From: Eledone cirrhosa | Taxonomy: Eukaryota | Reading direction: 5' to 3' | NCBI GenBank assembly: GCA_964016885.1 | Contig: OZ024753.1 | Coordinates: 24,552,001-24,616,000, forward strand | DNA: 64,000 bases | Position numbers and translations under genes: made by a program | In this document: positions 14,801-29,800 of the stretch, piece by piece | How positions within the stretch are numbered: the stretch's first letter is position 1 | Layout: each line of letters opens with the position of its first letter | Notes under the pieces: model-generated | Told to the model about the DNA's origin: nothing | What the model saw: the letters and a program-made list of their open reading frames with translations, nothing else | Databases searched by the model: none

Positions 14801-17800
14801 CTAACACTGTATGTAACAGACAGAGGGTTAACACTGTATGTAACAGACAGACAGGTCTAACACTGGATGTAACAGACAGAGGACTTACACTGTATGTAAC
14901 ATACAGAGGACTAACACTGTATGTAACAGACAGAGGGTTAACACTGTATGTAACAGACAGGACTAACCCTGTATGTAACAGACAGAGGACTAACTGTGTA
15001 TGTAACAGACAGAGGACTAACACTGTATGTAACAGACAGAGGACTAACACAGTATGTAACAGACAGAGGGTTAACTCTGTATGTAACAGACAGAGGACTA
15101 ACACTGTATGTAACAGACAGAGGACTAACACTGTATGTAAGAAGCAGAGGACTAACATTGTATGTAACAGACAGAGGACTAACACGATATGTAACAGACA
15201 GAGGAATAACACTGTATGTAACAGACAGAGGACTAACACAGTATGTAACAGACAGAGGGTTAACTCTGTATGTAACAGACAGAGGACTAACACGGCATGT
15301 AACAGACAGAGGACTAACACTGTATGTAACAGACAGAGGACTAACACTGTATGTAACAGACAGAGGACTAACACTGTATGTAAGAAGCAGAGGACTAACA
15401 TTGTATGTAACAGACAGAGGACTAACACGATATGTAACAGACAGAGGAATAACACTGTATGTAACAGACAGAGGACTAACACTGTATGTAACAGACAGAG
15501 GGTTAACACTATATGTAACAGACAGAGGACTAAGCCTGTATGTAACAGACAGAGGACTAACACTGTATGTAACAGACAGAGGACTAACACTGTATGTAAC
15601 AGAAAGAGGGTTAACACTGTATGAAACAGACAGAGGACTAACCCTGTATGTAACAGACAGAGGACTAACACGATATGTAACAGACAGAGGACTAACACTG
15701 TATGTAACAGACAGAGGACTAATACTGTATGTAACAGACAGAGGGTTAACTCTGTATGTAACAGACAGAGGACTAACACTGTATGTAACAGACAGAGGTC
15801 TAACTCTGTATGTAACAGACAGAGGACTAACACGATATGTAACAGACAGAGGACTAACACTGTATGTAACAGACAGAGAACTAACACTATATGTAACAGA
15901 CAGAGGACTAACCCTGTATCTAACAGACAGAGGACTAACACTGTATGTAACAGACAGAGGACTAACACTGTATGTAACAGACAGAGGACTAACACTGTAT
16001 GCAACAGACAGAGGACTAACACTGTATGCAACAGACAGAGGACGAACACTGTATGCAACAGACAGAGGACTAACACTGTATGTAACAGACAGAGGACTAA
16101 CACTGTATGTAACAGACAGAGGACTAACACTGTATGTAACAGACAGACGACTAACACTGTATGTAACAGACAGCGGACGAACACTGTATGTAACAGACAG
16201 AGGACTAATACTGTATGTAACAGACAGAGGACTAACACTGTATGTAACAGACAGAGGACTAACACTGTATGTAACAGACAGAGGACTAACACTGTATGTA
16301 ACATACAGAGGACTAACACTGTATGTAACAGACAGAGGGATAACACTGTATGTAACAGACAGAGGACTAACATTGTATGTAACAGACAGAGGACTAACAC
16401 TGTATGTAACAGACAGAGGGCTAACACTGTATGTAACAGACAGAGGATTAACACTGTATGTAACAGACAGAGGGCTAACACTGTATGTAGCAGGCAGAGG
16501 ACTGACACTGTATGTCACAGACAGAGGAATAACAGTGTATGTAACAGACAGAGGACTAACACAGTATGTAACAGACAGAGGACTCATACTGCATGTAACA
16601 GACAGAGGGTTAACACTGTATGTAACAGACAGAGGACTAACCCTGTATGTAACAGACAGAGGACTAACTGTGTATGTAACAGACAGAGGACTAACACTGT
16701 ATGTAACAGACAGAGGACTAACACAGTATGTAACAGACAGAGGGTTAACTCTGTATGTAACAGACAGAGGACTAACACTGTATGTAACAGACAGAGGACT
16801 AACACTGTATGCAACAGACAGAGGACTAACAATGTATGTAACAGACAGAGGACGAACACTGTATGTAACAGACAGAGGGATAACACTGTATGTAACAGAC
16901 AGCGGACTAACACTGTATGTAACAGACAGAGGACTAACACTGTATGTAACAGACAGAGGACTAACACTGTATGTAACATACAGAGGACTAACACTGTATG
17001 TAACAGACAGAGGGATAACACTGTATGTAACAGACAGAGGACTAACACTGTATGTAACAGACAGAGGACTAACACTGTATGTAACAGACAGAGGACTAAC
17101 ACTGTATGTAACAGACAGAGGACTAACACTGTATGTAAGAAGCAGAGGACTAACATTGTATGTAACAGACAGAGGACTAACACTGTATGTAACAGACAGA
17201 TGACTAACCCTGTATGTAACAGACAGAGGACTAACTGTGTATGTAACAGACAGAGGACTAACACTGTATGTAACAGACAGAGGACTAACACAGTATGTAA
17301 CAGACAGAGGGTTAACTCTGTATGTAACAGACAGAGGACTAACACTGTATGTAACAGACAGAGGACTAACACTGTATGCAACAGACAGAGGACTAACACT
17401 GTATGTAACAGACAGAGGACGAACACTGTATGTAACAGACAGAGGGATAACACTGTATGTAACAGACAGCGGACTAACACTGTATGTAACAGACAGAGGA
17501 CTAACACTGTATGTAACAGACAGAGGACTAACACTGTATGTAACATACAGAGGACTAACACTGTATGTAACAGACAGAGGGATAACACTGTATGTAACAG
17601 ACAGAGGACTAACACTGTATGTAACAGACAGAGGACTAACACTGTATGTAACAGACAGAGGACTAACACTGTATGTAACAGACAGAGGACTAACACTGTA
17701 TGTAAGAAGCAGAGGACTAACATTGTATGTAACAGACAGAGGACTAACACGATATGTAACAGACAGAGGAATAACACTGTATGTAACAGACAGAGGACTA

Positions 17801-20800
17801 ACTGTGTATGTAACAGACAGAGGACTAACACTGTATGTAACAGACAGAGGACTAACACAGTATGTAACAGACAGAGGGTTAACTCTGTATGTAACAGACA
17901 GAGGACTAACACTCTATGTAACAGACAGAGGACTAACACTGTATGTAACAGACAGAGGACTAACACTCTATGTAACAGACAGAGGACTAACACTGTATGT
18001 AAGAAGCAGAGGACTAACATTGTATGTAACAGACAGAGGACTAACACGATATGTAACAGACAGAGGAATAACACTGTATGTAACAGACAGAGGACTAACA
18101 CTGTATGTAACAGACAGAGGGTTAACACTATATGTAACAGACAGAGGACTAAGCCTGTATGTAACAGACAGAGGACTAACACTGTATGTAACAGACAGAG
18201 GACTAACACTGTATGTAACAGAAAGAGGGTTAACACTGTATGAAACAGACAGAGGACTAACACTGTATGTAACAGACAGAGGACTAACACGATATGTAAC
18301 AGACAGAGGCCTAACACTGTATGTAACAGACAGAGGACTAATACTGTATGTAACAGACAGAGGGTTAACTCTGTATGTAACAGACAGAGGACTAACACTG
18401 TATGTAACAGACAGAGGTCTAACTCTGTATGTAACAGACAGAGGACTAACACGATATGTAACAGACAGAGGACTAACACTGTATGTAACAGACAGAGAAC
18501 TAACACTATATGTAACAGACAGAGGACTAATACTGTATGTAACAGACAGAGGACTAACACTGTATGTAACAGACAGAGGTCTAACTCTGTATGTAACAGA
18601 CAGAGGACTAACACGATATGTAACAGACAGAGGACTAACACTGTATGTAACAGACAGAGAACTAACACTATATGTAACAGACAGAGGACTAACACTGTAT
18701 GTAACAGACAGAGGACTAACACTGTATGTAACAGACAGAGGACTAACACTGTATGCAACAGACAGAGGACTAACACTGTATGCAACAGACAGAGGACTAA
18801 CACTGTATGCAACAGACAGAGGACTAACACTGTATGTAACAGACAGAGGACTAACACTGTATGTAACAGACAGAGGACTAACACTGTATGTAACAGACAG
18901 ACGACTAACACTGTATGTAACAGACAGCGGACGAACACTGTATGTAACAGACAGAGGACTAATACTGTATGTAACAGACAGAGGACTAACACTGTATGTA
19001 ACAGACAGAGGACTAACACTGTATGTAACAGACAGAGGACTAACACTGTATGTAACATACAGAGGACTAACACTGTATGTAACAGACAGAGGGATAACAC
19101 TGTATGTAACAGACAGAGGACTAACATTGTATGTAACAGACAGAGGACTAACACTGTATGTAACAGACAGAGGGCTAACACTGTATGTAACAGACAGAGG
19201 ACTAACACTGTATGTAACAGACAGAGGGCTAACACTGTATGTAACAGGCAGAGGACTGACACTGTATGTCACAGACAGAGGAATAATAGTGTATGTAACA
19301 GACAGAGGACTAACACAGTATGTAACAGACAGAGGACACATACTGCATGTAACAGACAGAGGGTTAACACTGTATGTAACAGACAGAGGACTAACCCTGT
19401 ATGTAACAGACAGAGGACTAACTGTGTATGTAACAGACAGAGGACTAACACTGTATGTAACAGACAGAGGACTAACACAGTATGTAACAGACAGAGGGTT
19501 AACTCTGTATGTAACAGACAGAGGACTAACACTGTATGTAACAGACAGAGGACTAACACTGTATGCAACAGACAGAGGACTAACACTGTATGTAACAGAC
19601 AGAGGACGAACACTGTATGCAACAGACAGAGGACTAATACTGTATGTAACAGACAGAGGACTAACACTGTATGTAACAGACAGAGGACTAACACTGTATG
19701 TAACAGACAGACGACTAACACTGTATGTAACAGACAGCGGACGAACACTGTATGTAACAAACAGAGGACTAATGCTGTATGTAACAGACAGAGGACTAAC
19801 ACTGTATGTAACAGACAGAGGACTAACACTGTATGTAACAGACAGCGGACTAACACTGTATGTAACAGACAGAGGACTAACACTGTATGTAACAGACAGA
19901 GGACTAACACTGTATGTAACATACAGAGGACTAACACTGTATGTAACAGACAGAGGGATAACACTGTATGTAACAGACAGAGGACTAACACTGTATGTAA
20001 CAGACAGAGGACTAACACTGTATGTAACAGACAGAGGACTAACACTGTATGTAACAGACAGAGGGCTAACACTGTATGTAACAGACAGAGGACTAACACA
20101 GTATGTAACAGACAGAGGGCTAACACTGTATGTAACAGGCAGAGGACTGACACTGTATGTCACAGACAGAGGAATAACAGTGTATGTAACAGACAGAGGA
20201 CTAACACTGTATGTAACAGACAGAGGACTCATACTGCATGTAACAGACAGAGGGTTAACACGGTATGTAACAGACAGAGGACTAACCCTGTATGTAACAG
20301 ACAGAGGACTAACTGTGTATGTAACAGACAGAGGACTAACACTGTATGTAACAGACAGAGGACTGAAACTGTATGTAACAGACAGAGGACTAACACTGTA
20401 TGTAACAGACAGAGGACTAACACTGTATGTAACAGACAGACGACTAACACTGTATGTAACAGACAGCGCACGAACACTGTATGTAACAGACAGAGGACTA
20501 ATACTGTATGTAACAGACAGAGGACTAACACTGTATGTAACAGACAGAGGACTAACACTGTATGTAACAGACAGCGGTCTAACACTGTATGTAACAGACA
20601 GAGGACTGACACTGTATGTAACAGACAGAGGACTAACACTGTATGTAACAGACAGAGGACTAACACTGTATGTAACAGGCAGAGGGTTAACACTGTATGT
20701 AACAGACAGAGGGTTAACTCTGTATGTAACAGACAGAGGACTAACACGGCATGTAACAGACAGAGGACTAACACTGTATGTAACAGACAGAGGGTTAACT

Positions 20801-23800
20801 CTGTATGTAACAGACAGAGGACTAACACGGCATGTAACAGACAAAGGACTAACACTGTATGTAACAGACAGAGGACTAACACTGTATGCAACCGACAGAG
20901 GACGAACACTGTATGTAACAGACAGAGGACTAACACTGTATGTAACAGACAGAGGGTTAACACTGTATGTAACAGACAGACAGGTCTAACACTGTATGTA
21001 ACAGACAGAGGACTTACACTGTATGTAACATACAGAGGACTAACACTGTATGTAACAGACAGAGGGTTAACACTGTATGTAACAGACAGGACTAACCCTG
21101 TATGTAACAGACAGAGGACTAACTGTGTATGTAACAGACAGAGGACTAACACTGTATGTAACAGACAGAGGACTAACACAGTATGTAACAGACAGAGGGT
21201 TAACTCTGTATGTAACAGACAGAGGACTAACACTGTATGTAACAGACAGAGGACTAACACTGTATGTAAGAAGCAGAGGACTAACATTGTATGTAACAGA
21301 CAGAGGACTAACACGATATGTAACAGACAGAGGAATAACACTGTATGTAACAGACAGAGGACTAACACAGTATGTAACAGACAGAGGGTTAACTCTGTAT
21401 GTAACAGACAGAGGACTAACACGGCATGTAACAGACAGAGGACTAACACTGTATGTAACAGACAGAGGACTAACACTGTATGTAACAGACAGAGGACTAA
21501 CACTGTATGTAAGAAGCAGAGGACTAACATTGTATGTAACAGACAGAGGACTAACACGATATGTAACAGACAGAGGAATAACACTGTATGTAACAGACAG
21601 AGGACTAACACTGTATGTAACAGACAGAGGGTTAACACTATATGTAACAGACAGAGGACTAAGCCTGTATGTAACAGACAGAGGACTAACACTGTATGTA
21701 ACAGACAGAGGACTAACACTGTATGTAACAGAAAGAGGGTTAACACTGTATGAAACAGACAGAGGACTAACCCTGTATGTAACAGACAGAGGACTAACAC
21801 GATATGTAACAGACAGAGGACTAACACTGTATGTAACAGACAGAGGACTAATACTGTATGTAACAGACAGAGGGTTAACTCTGTATGTAACAGACAGAGG
21901 ACTAACACTGTATGTAACAGACAGAGGTCTAACTCTGTATGTAACAGACAGAGGACTAACACGATATGTAACAGACAGAGGACTAACACTGTATGTAACA
22001 GACAGAGAACTAACACTATATGTAACAGACAGAGGACTAACACTGTATGTAACAGACAGAGGACTAACACTGTATGTAACAGACAGAGGACTAACACTGT
22101 ATGCAACAGACAGAGGACTAACACTGTATGCAACAGACAGAGGACTAACACTGTATGCAACAGACAGAGGACTAACACTGTATGTAACAGACAGAGGACT
22201 AACACTGTATGTAACAGACAGAGGACTAACACTGTATGTAACAGACAGACGACTAACACTGTATGTAACAGACAGCGGACGAACACTGTATGTAACAGAC
22301 AGAGGACTAATACTGTATGTAACAGACAGAGGACTAACACTGTATGTAACAGACAGAGGACTAACACTGTATGTAACAGACAGAGGACTAACACTGTATG
22401 TAACATACAGAGGACTAACACTGTATGTAACAGACAGAGGGATAACACTGTATGTAACAGACAGAGGACTAACATTGTATGTAACAGACAGAGGACTAAC
22501 ACTGTATGTAACAGACAGAGGGCTAACACTGTATGTAACAGACAGAGGACTAACACTGTATGTAACAGACAGAGGGCTAACACTGTATGTAACAGGCAGA
22601 GGACTGACACTGTATGTCACAGACAGAGGAATAATAGTGTATGTAACAGACAGAGGACTAACACAGTATGTAACAGACAGAGGACACATACTGCATGTAA
22701 CAGACAGAGGGTTAACACTGTATGTAACAGACAGAGGACTAACCCTGTATGTAACAGACAGAGGACTAACTGTGTATGTAACAGACAGAGGACTAACACT
22801 GTATGTAACAGACAGAGGACTAACACAGTATGTAACAGACAGAGGGTTAACTCTGTATGTAACAGACAGAGGACTAACACTGTATGTAACAGACAGAGGA
22901 CTAACACTGTATGCAACAGACAGAGGACTAACACTGTATGTAACAGACAGAGGACGAACACTGTATGCAACAGACAGAGGACTAATACTGTATGTAACAG
23001 ACAGAGGACTAACACTGTATGTAACAGACAGAGGACTAACACTGTATGTAACAGACAGACGACTAACACTGTATGTAACAGACAGCGGACGAACACTGTA
23101 TGTAACAGACAGAGGACTAATGCTGTATGTAACAGACAGAGGACTAACACTGTATGTAACAGACAGAGGACTAACACTGTATGTAACAGACAGCGGACTA
23201 ACACTGTATGTAACAGACAGAGGACTAACACTGTATGTAACAGACAGAGGACTAACACTGTATGTAACATACAGAGGACTAACACTGTATGTAACAGACA
23301 GAGGGATAACACTGTATGTAACAGACAGAGGACTAACACTGTATGTAACAGACAGAGGACTAACACTGTATGTAACAGACAGAGGGCTAACACTGTATGT
23401 AACAGACAGAGGACTAACACAGTATGTAACAGACAGAGGGCTAACACTGTATGTAACAGGCAGAGGACTGACACTGTATGTCACAGACAGAGGAATAACA
23501 GTGTATGTAACAGACAGAGGACTAACACTGTATGTAACAGACAGAGGACTCATACTGCATGTAACAGACAGAGGGTTAACACGGTATGTAACAGACAGAG
23601 GACTAACCCTGTATGTAACAGACAGAGGACTAACTGTGTATGTAACAGACAGAGGACTAACACTGTATGTAACAGACAGAGGACTGAAACTGTATGTAAC
23701 AGACAGAGGACTAACACTGTATGTAACAGACAGAGGACTAACACTGTATGTAACAGACAGACGACTAACACTGTATGTAACAGACAGCGCACGAACACTG

Positions 23801-26800
23801 TATGTAACAGACAGAGGACTAATACTGTATGTAACAGACAGAGGACTAACACTGTATGTAACAGACAGAGGACTAACACTGTATGTAACAGACAGCGGTC
23901 TAACACTGTATGTAACAGACAGAGGACTGACACTGTATGTAACAGACAGAGGACTAACACTGTATGTAACAGACAGAGGACTAACACTGTATGTAACAGG
24001 CAGAGGGTTAACACTGTATGTAACAGACAGAGGGTTAACTCTGTATGTAACAGACAGAGGACTAACACGGCATGTAACAGACAGAGGACTAACACTGTAT
24101 GTAACAGACAGAGGGTTAACTCTGTATGTAACAGACAGAGGACTAACACGGCATGTAACAGACAAAGGACTAACACTGTATGTAACAGACAGAGGACTAA
24201 CACTGTATGCAACCGACAGAGGACGAACACTGTATGTAACAGACAGAGGACTAACACTGTATGTAACAGACAGAGGGTTAACACTGTATGTAACAGACAG
24301 ACAGGTCTAACACTGTATGTAACAGACAGAGGACTTACACTGTATGTAACATACAGAGGACTAACACTGTATGTAACAGACAGAGGGTTAACACTGTATG
24401 TAACAGACAGGACTAACCCTGTATGTAACAGACAGAGGACTAACTGTGTATGTAACAGTCAGAGGACTAACACTGTATGTAACAGACAGAGGACTAACAC
24501 AGTATGTAACAGACAGAGGGTTAACTCTGTATGTAACAGACAGAGGACTAACACTGTATGTAACAGACAGAGGACTAACACTGTATGTAAGAAGCAGAGG
24601 ACTAACATTGTATGTAACAGACAGAGGACTAACACGATATGTAACAGACAGAGGAATAACACTGTATGTAACAGACAGAGGACTAACACAGTATGTAACA
24701 GACAGAGGGTTAACTCTGTATGTAACAGACAGAGGACTAACACGGCATGTAACAGACAGAGGACTAACACTGTATGTAACAGACAGAGGACTAACACTGT
24801 ATGTAACAGACAGAGGACTAACACTGTATGTAAGAAGCAGAGGACTAACATTGTATGTAACAGACAGAGGACTAACACGATATGTAACAGACAGAGGAAT
24901 AACACTGTATGTAACAGACAGAGGACTAACACTGTATGTAACAGACAGAGGGTTAACACTATATGTAACAGACAGAGGACTAAGCCTGTATGTAACAGAC
25001 AGAGGACTAACACTGTATGTAACAGACAGAGGACTAACACTGTATGTAACAGAAAGAGGGTTAACACTGTATGAAACAGACAGAGGACTAACCCTGTATG
25101 TAACAGACAGAGGACTAACACGATATGTAACAGACAGAGGACTAACACTGTATGTAACAGACAGAGGACTAATACTGTATGTAACAGACAGAGGGTTAAC
25201 TCTGTATGTAACAGACAGAGGACTAACACTGTATGTAACAGACAGAGGTCTAACTCTGTATGTAACAGACAGAGGACTAACACGATATGTAACAGACAGA
25301 GGACTAACACTGTATGTAACAGACAGAGAACTAACACTATATGTAACAGACAGAGGACTAACCCTGTATCTAACAGACAGAGGACTAACACTGTATGTAA
25401 CAGACAGAGGACTAACACTGTATGTAACAGACAGAGGACTAACACTGTATGCAACAGACAGAGGACTAACACTGTATGCAACAGACAGAGGACGAACACT
25501 GTATGCAACAGACAGAGGACTAACACTGTATGTAACAGACAGAGGACTAACACTGTATGTAACAGACAGAGGACTAACACTGTATGTAACAGACAGACGA
25601 CTAACACTGTATGTAACAGACAGCGGACGAACACTGTATGTAACAGACAGAGGACTAATACTGTATGTAACAGACAGAGGACTAACTGTGTATGTAACAG
25701 ACAGAGGACTAACACTGTATGTAACAGACAGAGGACTAACACAGTATGTAACAGACAGAGGGTTAACTCTGTATGTAACAGACAGAGGACTAACACTGTA
25801 TGTAACAGACAGAGGACTAACACTGTATGCAACAGACAGAGGACTAACAATGTATGTAACAGACAGAGGACGAACACTGTATGTAACAGACAGAGGGATA
25901 ACACTGTATGTAACAGACAGCGGACTAACACTGTATGTAACAGACAGAGGACTAACACTGTATGTAACAGACAGAGGACTAACACTGTATGTAACATACA
26001 GAGGACTAACACTGTATGTAACAGACAGAGGGATAACACTGTATGTAACAGACAGAGGACTAACACTGTATGTAACAGACAGAGGACTAACACTGTATGT
26101 AACAGACAGAGGACTAACACTGTATGTAACAGACAGAGGACTAACACTGTATGTAAGAAGCAGAGGACTAACATTGTATGTAACAGACAGAGGACTAACA
26201 CGATATGTAACAGACAGAGGAATAACACTGTATGTAACAGACAGAGGACTAACTGTGTATGTAACAGACAGAGGACTAACACTGTATGTAACAGACAGAG
26301 GGCTAACACTGTATGTAACAGACAGAGGACTAACACAGTATGTAACAGACAGAGGGCTAACACTGTATGTAACAGGCAGAGGACTGACACTGTATGTCAC
26401 AGACAGAGGAATAACAGTGTATGTAACAGACAGAGGACTAACACTGTATGTAACAGACAGAGGACTCATACTGCATGTAACAGACAGAGGGTTAACACGG
26501 TATGTAACAGACAGAGGACTAACCCTGTATGTAACAGACAGAGGACTAACTGTGTATGTAACAGACAGAGGACTAACACTGTATGTAACAGACAGAGGAC
26601 TGAAACTGTATGTAACAGACAGAGGACTAACACTGTATGTAACAGACAGAGGACTAACACTGTATGTAACAGACAGACGACTAACACTGTATGTAACAGA
26701 CAGCGCACGAACACTGTATGTAACAGACAGAGGACTAATACTGTATGTAACAGACAGAGGACTAACACTGTATGTAACAGACAGAGGACTAACACTGTAT

Positions 26801-29800
26801 GTAACAGACAGCGGTCTAACACTGTATGTAACAGACAGAGGACTGACACTGTATGTAACAGACAGAGGACTAACACTGTATGTAACAGACAGAGGACTAA
26901 CACTGTATGTAACAGGCAGAGGGTTAACACTGTATGTAACAGACAGAGGGTTAACTCTGTATGTAACAGACAGAGGACTAACACGGCATGTAACAGACAG
27001 AGGACTAACACTGTATGTAACAGACAGAGGGTTAACTCTGTATGTAACAGACAGAGGACTAACACGGCATGTAACAGACAAAGGACTAACACTGTATGTA
27101 ACAGACAGAGGGTTAACACTGTATGTAACAGACAGACAGGTCTAACACTGTATGTAACAGACAGAGGACTTACACTGTATGTAACATACAGAGGACTAAC
27201 ACTGTATGTAACAGACAGAGGGTTAACACTGTATGTAACAGACAGGACTAACCCTGTATGTAACAGACAGAGGACTAACTGTGTATGTAACAGACAGAGG
27301 ACTAACACTGTATGTAACAGACAGAGGACTAACACAGTATGTAACAGACAGAGGGTTAACTCTGTATGTAACAGACAGAGGACTAACACTGTATGTAACA
27401 GACAGAGGACTAACACTGTATGTAAGAAGCAGAGGACTAACATTGTATGTAACAGACAGAGGACTAACACGATATGTAACAGACAGAGGAATAACACTGT
27501 ATGTAACAGACAGAGGACTAACACAGTATGTAACAGACAGAGGGTTAACTCTGTATGTAACAGACAGAGGACTAACACGGCATGTAACAGACAGAGGACT
27601 AACACTGTATGTAACAGACAGAGGACTAACACTGTATGTAACAGACAGAGGACTAACACTGTATGTAAGAAGCAGAGGACTAACATTGTATGTAACAGAC
27701 AGAGGACTAACACGATATGTAACAGACAGAGGAATAACACTGTATGTAACAGACAGAGGACTAACACTGTATGTAACAGACAGAGGGTTAACACTATATG
27801 TAACAGACAGAGGACTAAGCCTGTATGTAACAGACAGAGGACTAACACTGTATGTAACAGACAGAGGACTAACACTGTATGTAACAGAAAGAGGGTTAAC
27901 ACTGTATGAAACAGACAGAGGACTAACCCTGTATGTAACAGACAGAGGACTAACACGATATGTAACAGACAGAGGACTAACACTGTATGTAACAGACAGA
28001 GGACTAATACTGTATGTAACAGACAGAGGGTTAACTCTGTATGTAACAGACAGAGGACTAACACTGTATGTAACAGACAGAGGTCTAACTCTGTATGTAA
28101 CAGACAGAGGACTAACACGATATGTAACAGACAGAGGACTAACACTGTATGTAACAGACAGAGAACTAACACTATATGTAACAGACAGAGGACTAACCCT
28201 GTATCTAACAGACAGAGGACTAACACTGTATGTAACAGACAGAGGACTAACACTGTATGTAACAGACAGAGGACTAACACTGTATGCAACAGACAGAGGA
28301 CTAACACTGTATGCAACAGACAGAGGACGAACACTGTATGCAACAGACAGAGGACTAACACTGTATGTAACAGACAGAGGACTAACACTGTATGTAACAG
28401 ACAGAGGACTAACACTGTATGTAACAGACAGACGACTAACACTGTATGTAACAGACAGCGGACGAACACTGTATGTAACAGACAGAGGACTAATACTGTA
28501 TGTAACAGACAGAGGACTAACACTGTATGTAACAGACAGAGGACTAACACTGTATGTAACAGACAGAGGACTAACACTGTATGTAACATACAGAGGACTA
28601 ACACTGTATGTAACAGACAGAGGGATAACACTGTATGTAACAGACAGAGGACTAACATTGTATGTAACAGACAGAGGACTAACACTGTATGTAACAGACA
28701 GAGGGCTAACACTGTATGTAACAGACAGAGGATTAACACTGTATGTAACAGACAGAGGGCTAACACTGTATGTAGCAGGCAGTGGACTGACACTGTATGT
28801 CACAGACAGAGGAATAACAGTGTATGTAACAGACAGAGGACTAACACAGTATGTAACAGACAGAGGACTCATACTGCATGTAACAGACAGAGGGTTAACA
28901 CTGTATGTAACAGACAGAGGACTAACCCTGTATGTAACAGACAGAGGACTAACTGTGTATGTAACAGACAGAGGACTAACACTGTATGTAACAGACAGAG
29001 GACTAACACAGTATGTAACAGACAGAGGGTTAACTCTGTATGTAACAGACAGAGGACTAACACTGTATGTAACAGACAGAGGACTAACACTGTATGCAAC
29101 AGACAGAGGACTAACAATGTATGTAACAGACAGAGGACGAACACTGTATGTAACAGACAGAGGGATAACACTGTATGTAACAGACAGCGGACTAACACTG
29201 TATGTAACAGACAGAGGACTAACACTGTATGTAACAGACAGAGGACTAACACTGTATGTAACATACAGAGGACTAACACTGTATGTAACAGACAGAGGGA
29301 TAACACTGTATGTAACAGACAGAGGACTAACACTGTATGTAACAGACAGAGGACTAACACTGTATGTAACAGACAGGGGACTAACACTGTATGTAACAGA
29401 CAGAGGACTAACACTGTATGTAAGAAGCAGAGGACTAACATTGTATGTAACAGACAGAGGACTAACACGATATGTAACAGACAGAGGAATAACACTGTAT
29501 GTAACAGACAGAGGACTAACTGTGTATGTAACAGACAGAGGACTAACACTGTATGTAACAGACAGAGGACTAACACTGTATGTAACAGACAGAGGACTAA
29601 CACTGTATGTAAGAAGCAGAGGACTAACATTGTATGTAACAGACAGAGGACTAACACGATATGTAACAGACAGAGGAATAACACTGTATGTAACAGACAG
29701 AGGACTAACTGTGTATGTAACAGACAGAGGACTAACACTGTATGTAACAGACAGAGGACTAACACAGTATGTAACAGACAGAGGGTTAACTCTGTATGTA